Below are positions 44,421-45,506 of a stretch of DNA of 45,506 bases, in pieces. The position numbers and the translations under genes were made by a program. Location: the IMG/VR virus record IMGVR_UViG_2563366923_000008, positions 1 to 45,506 of that record, one strand, 5' to 3'. The notes beneath the pieces were generated by a model, which was not told the DNA's origin, made no database searches, and saw nothing but the letters and a program-made list of their open reading frames with translations. This DNA comes from a virus (taxonomy: Duplodnaviria > Heunggongvirae > Uroviricota > Caudoviricetes). The number at the start of each line of letters is the position of its first letter. Within the stretch, counting starts at the first letter, position 1.

Positions 44421-44905
44421 TATGCAGCCCTCACGATAAAGTTAAATGCAATATTTCGCGCACGTGTTTCCGTTGATGTTCTGGCAACAAGTGATGCATC
44501 AAAATAATAATTCGCCTGTTTATATGTACCACCTGTCGCAATTGATGCGAGATTTGGTGTCAATGTTGAAGAGGTAAATGCGCCGAAAGTATTATTATTT
44601 GTCCCCGTGGTCATATCAAAAAAGCTACCTGTAATATTTTGCAGCGTATCGCTCTGAGCACTCAATAACGCTCGCCCACTGTCCACTCCACGCCCATCAT
44701 CCCAGCCACGAATAAACTCACCACGTAAATCAGGCAATTTATTTGTCGGGTAAGCCTTTGCCAGCTCCGGGTATTCTTCAGCAGAAAAAGCTGCACCATT
44801 GCATTTCAACCAGCCTGTCGGTGGTGTAGCTGAAGGCCACGGAACAGGCACACCAACCGGTAATGCAGAGCCTTCTCCCAAACCAACCTTTTTTATAACC
44901 ATCAA
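44420..44905 (-). CDS. Alternative variable tail-fibre C-terminal segment (Sv'), currently silent orientation
   Basis: 161 aa; ORF runs leftward through the right crossover site (...VGLGEGSA... matches fibre ...LGLGEAA...); would fuse to the constant fibre N-terminus after inversion. Confidence 0.6.
   Translation of the reverse strand: MMVIKKVGLGEGSALPVGVPVPWPSATPPTGWLKCNGAAFSAEEYPELAKAYPTNKLPDLRGEFIRGWDDGRGVDSGRALLSAQSDTLQNITGSFFDMTTGTNNNTFGAFTSSTLTPNLASIATGGTYKQANYYFDASLVARTSTETRARNIAFNFIVRAA
44873..44898. promoter_or_regulatory. Right gix/hix-like inversion crossover site
   Basis: Reverse complement reads TTATAAAAAAGG-TT-GGTTTGGGAGAA, comparable to Mu gix (TTATCCAAAACC-TC-GGTTTACAGGAA). 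Confidence 0.6.
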
Positions 44906-44957
44906 AAATCTGGTGATGCTTCGCCGTTTCTCCTGTTTTCATAACAGGAGAAATCCC

Positions 44958-45506
44958 ATGATTTACGGTTATGCCCGAGTATCAACAAACCACCAGGACA
45001 CTGAATTGCAACTAACGGCGCTCAAGTCAGCGGGTTGTGAGAAAATTTTTGAAGAGCATGCCAGCGGGAGGAAATCGAATCGGCCGGTTCTAAAACGGCT
45101 CATCGCCACTATGCAGCCGGGGGATGAACTGGTGGTCTGGAAGCTGGACAGGATAGGCCGCAACGTTCTGCATGCGCTGTTGATGTTCCAGCAGTTACAG
45201 GAAAAGGGTATCAACTTCCGCAGTATTACCGATGGCGTGGATCTCAAAACAGCCAGCGGCCGCTATAACTTTCGTAACATCCTTTCCGCAGCACAATATG
45301 AATCTGATCTTAATAGCGAACGTACCTTAGCAGGGCTGGCCGTAGCCAGGGCAAAAGGGCGAGTTGGTGGTCGCAGGCCTAAGTTCACGGATGAGCAATG
45401 GCGGGAAATGGGGGAGCGGATGGCAACCGGTGAATCACGACAAAGCGTATCAAAAACGTATGGAGTAGGGCTCTCAACTCTGTATAAAAAGTTTCCAGCT
45501 AGCTGA
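44958..45506 (+). CDS. Serine DNA invertase (Hin/Gin/Cin/Pin family)
   Basis: MIYGYARVSTNHQDTELQ... catalytic Ser motif; C-terminal HTH; AGGAG SD; adjacent to the invertible fibre segment. Confidence 0.9.
   Translation: MIYGYARVSTNHQDTELQLTALKSAGCEKIFEEHASGRKSNRPVLKRLIATMQPGDELVVWKLDRIGRNVLHALLMFQQLQEKGINFRSITDGVDLKTASGRYNFRNILSAAQYESDLNSERTLAGLAVARAKGRVGGRRPKFTDEQWREMGERMATGESRQSVSKTYGVGLSTLYKKFPAS

Larger units (their letters stand above)
1..45506. mobile_element. Integrated lambdoid prophage (lambda-like early/head modules, RecET module, Mu-like contractile tail); att sites lie outside the window
   Basis: Gene order int, xis, recT, recE, OL, immunity, cI, OR, cro, cII, O, nin, rusA, Q, lysis, terS/terL, portal, protease, capsid, sheath, tube, TMP, baseplate, fibre, invertase, read from ORF translations. 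Confidence 0.9.

Noticed and set aside
1-45506. tRNA or rRNA genes and attachment-site repeats
   Set aside because: No cloverleaf-like or rRNA-like segment was seen by eye, and the window begins at the integrase ATG, so attL/attR and any tRNA target lie outside; a covariance-model scan would be needed to exclude small RNAs formally.

Overview
This 45.5-kb window is essentially one integrated tailed-phage genome from an enterobacterial host (roughly 50% GC, E. coli/Salmonella-like codon usage). It is a mosaic: a lambda-like lysogeny, replication, nin, lysis and head-packaging backbone joined to a Mu-like contractile tail and a Gin/Cin-type invertible tail-fibre switch. Left to right: P4-type integrase, AlpA-like excisionase, RecT/RecE recombination module, OL/PL, immunity region with cI, OR, cro, cII, O with internal iterons, nin region with RusA, late antiterminator Q, PR'/tR', pinholin plus SAR-endolysin plus Rz/Rz1 lysis cassette, a moron-rich block, terS/terL, portal, S49 protease, scaffold, decoration and major capsid proteins, sheath, tube, frameshifted chaperone, tape measure, baseplate, tail fibre, and DNA invertase. 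No rRNA, tRNA or CRISPR array was found. The most interesting locus is an AT-rich two-gene cassette immediately downstream of cI, in the slot lambda uses for rexAB. It encodes a short HipA-like kinase-core protein and a 293-aa partner of unknown function, with a convergent small acidic gene beside OL; I consider it a candidate lysogen-expressed defence or exclusion system. Other points worth a second look are a pinholin gene split by a 47-nt insertion, several promoter- and terminator-bounded morons, a duplicated 34-bp hairpin element, a repeat array at terS, and the invertible fibre segment. All calls rest on reading translations and motifs by eye; no database search was run, and coordinates of non-CDS features may be off by a base or two.
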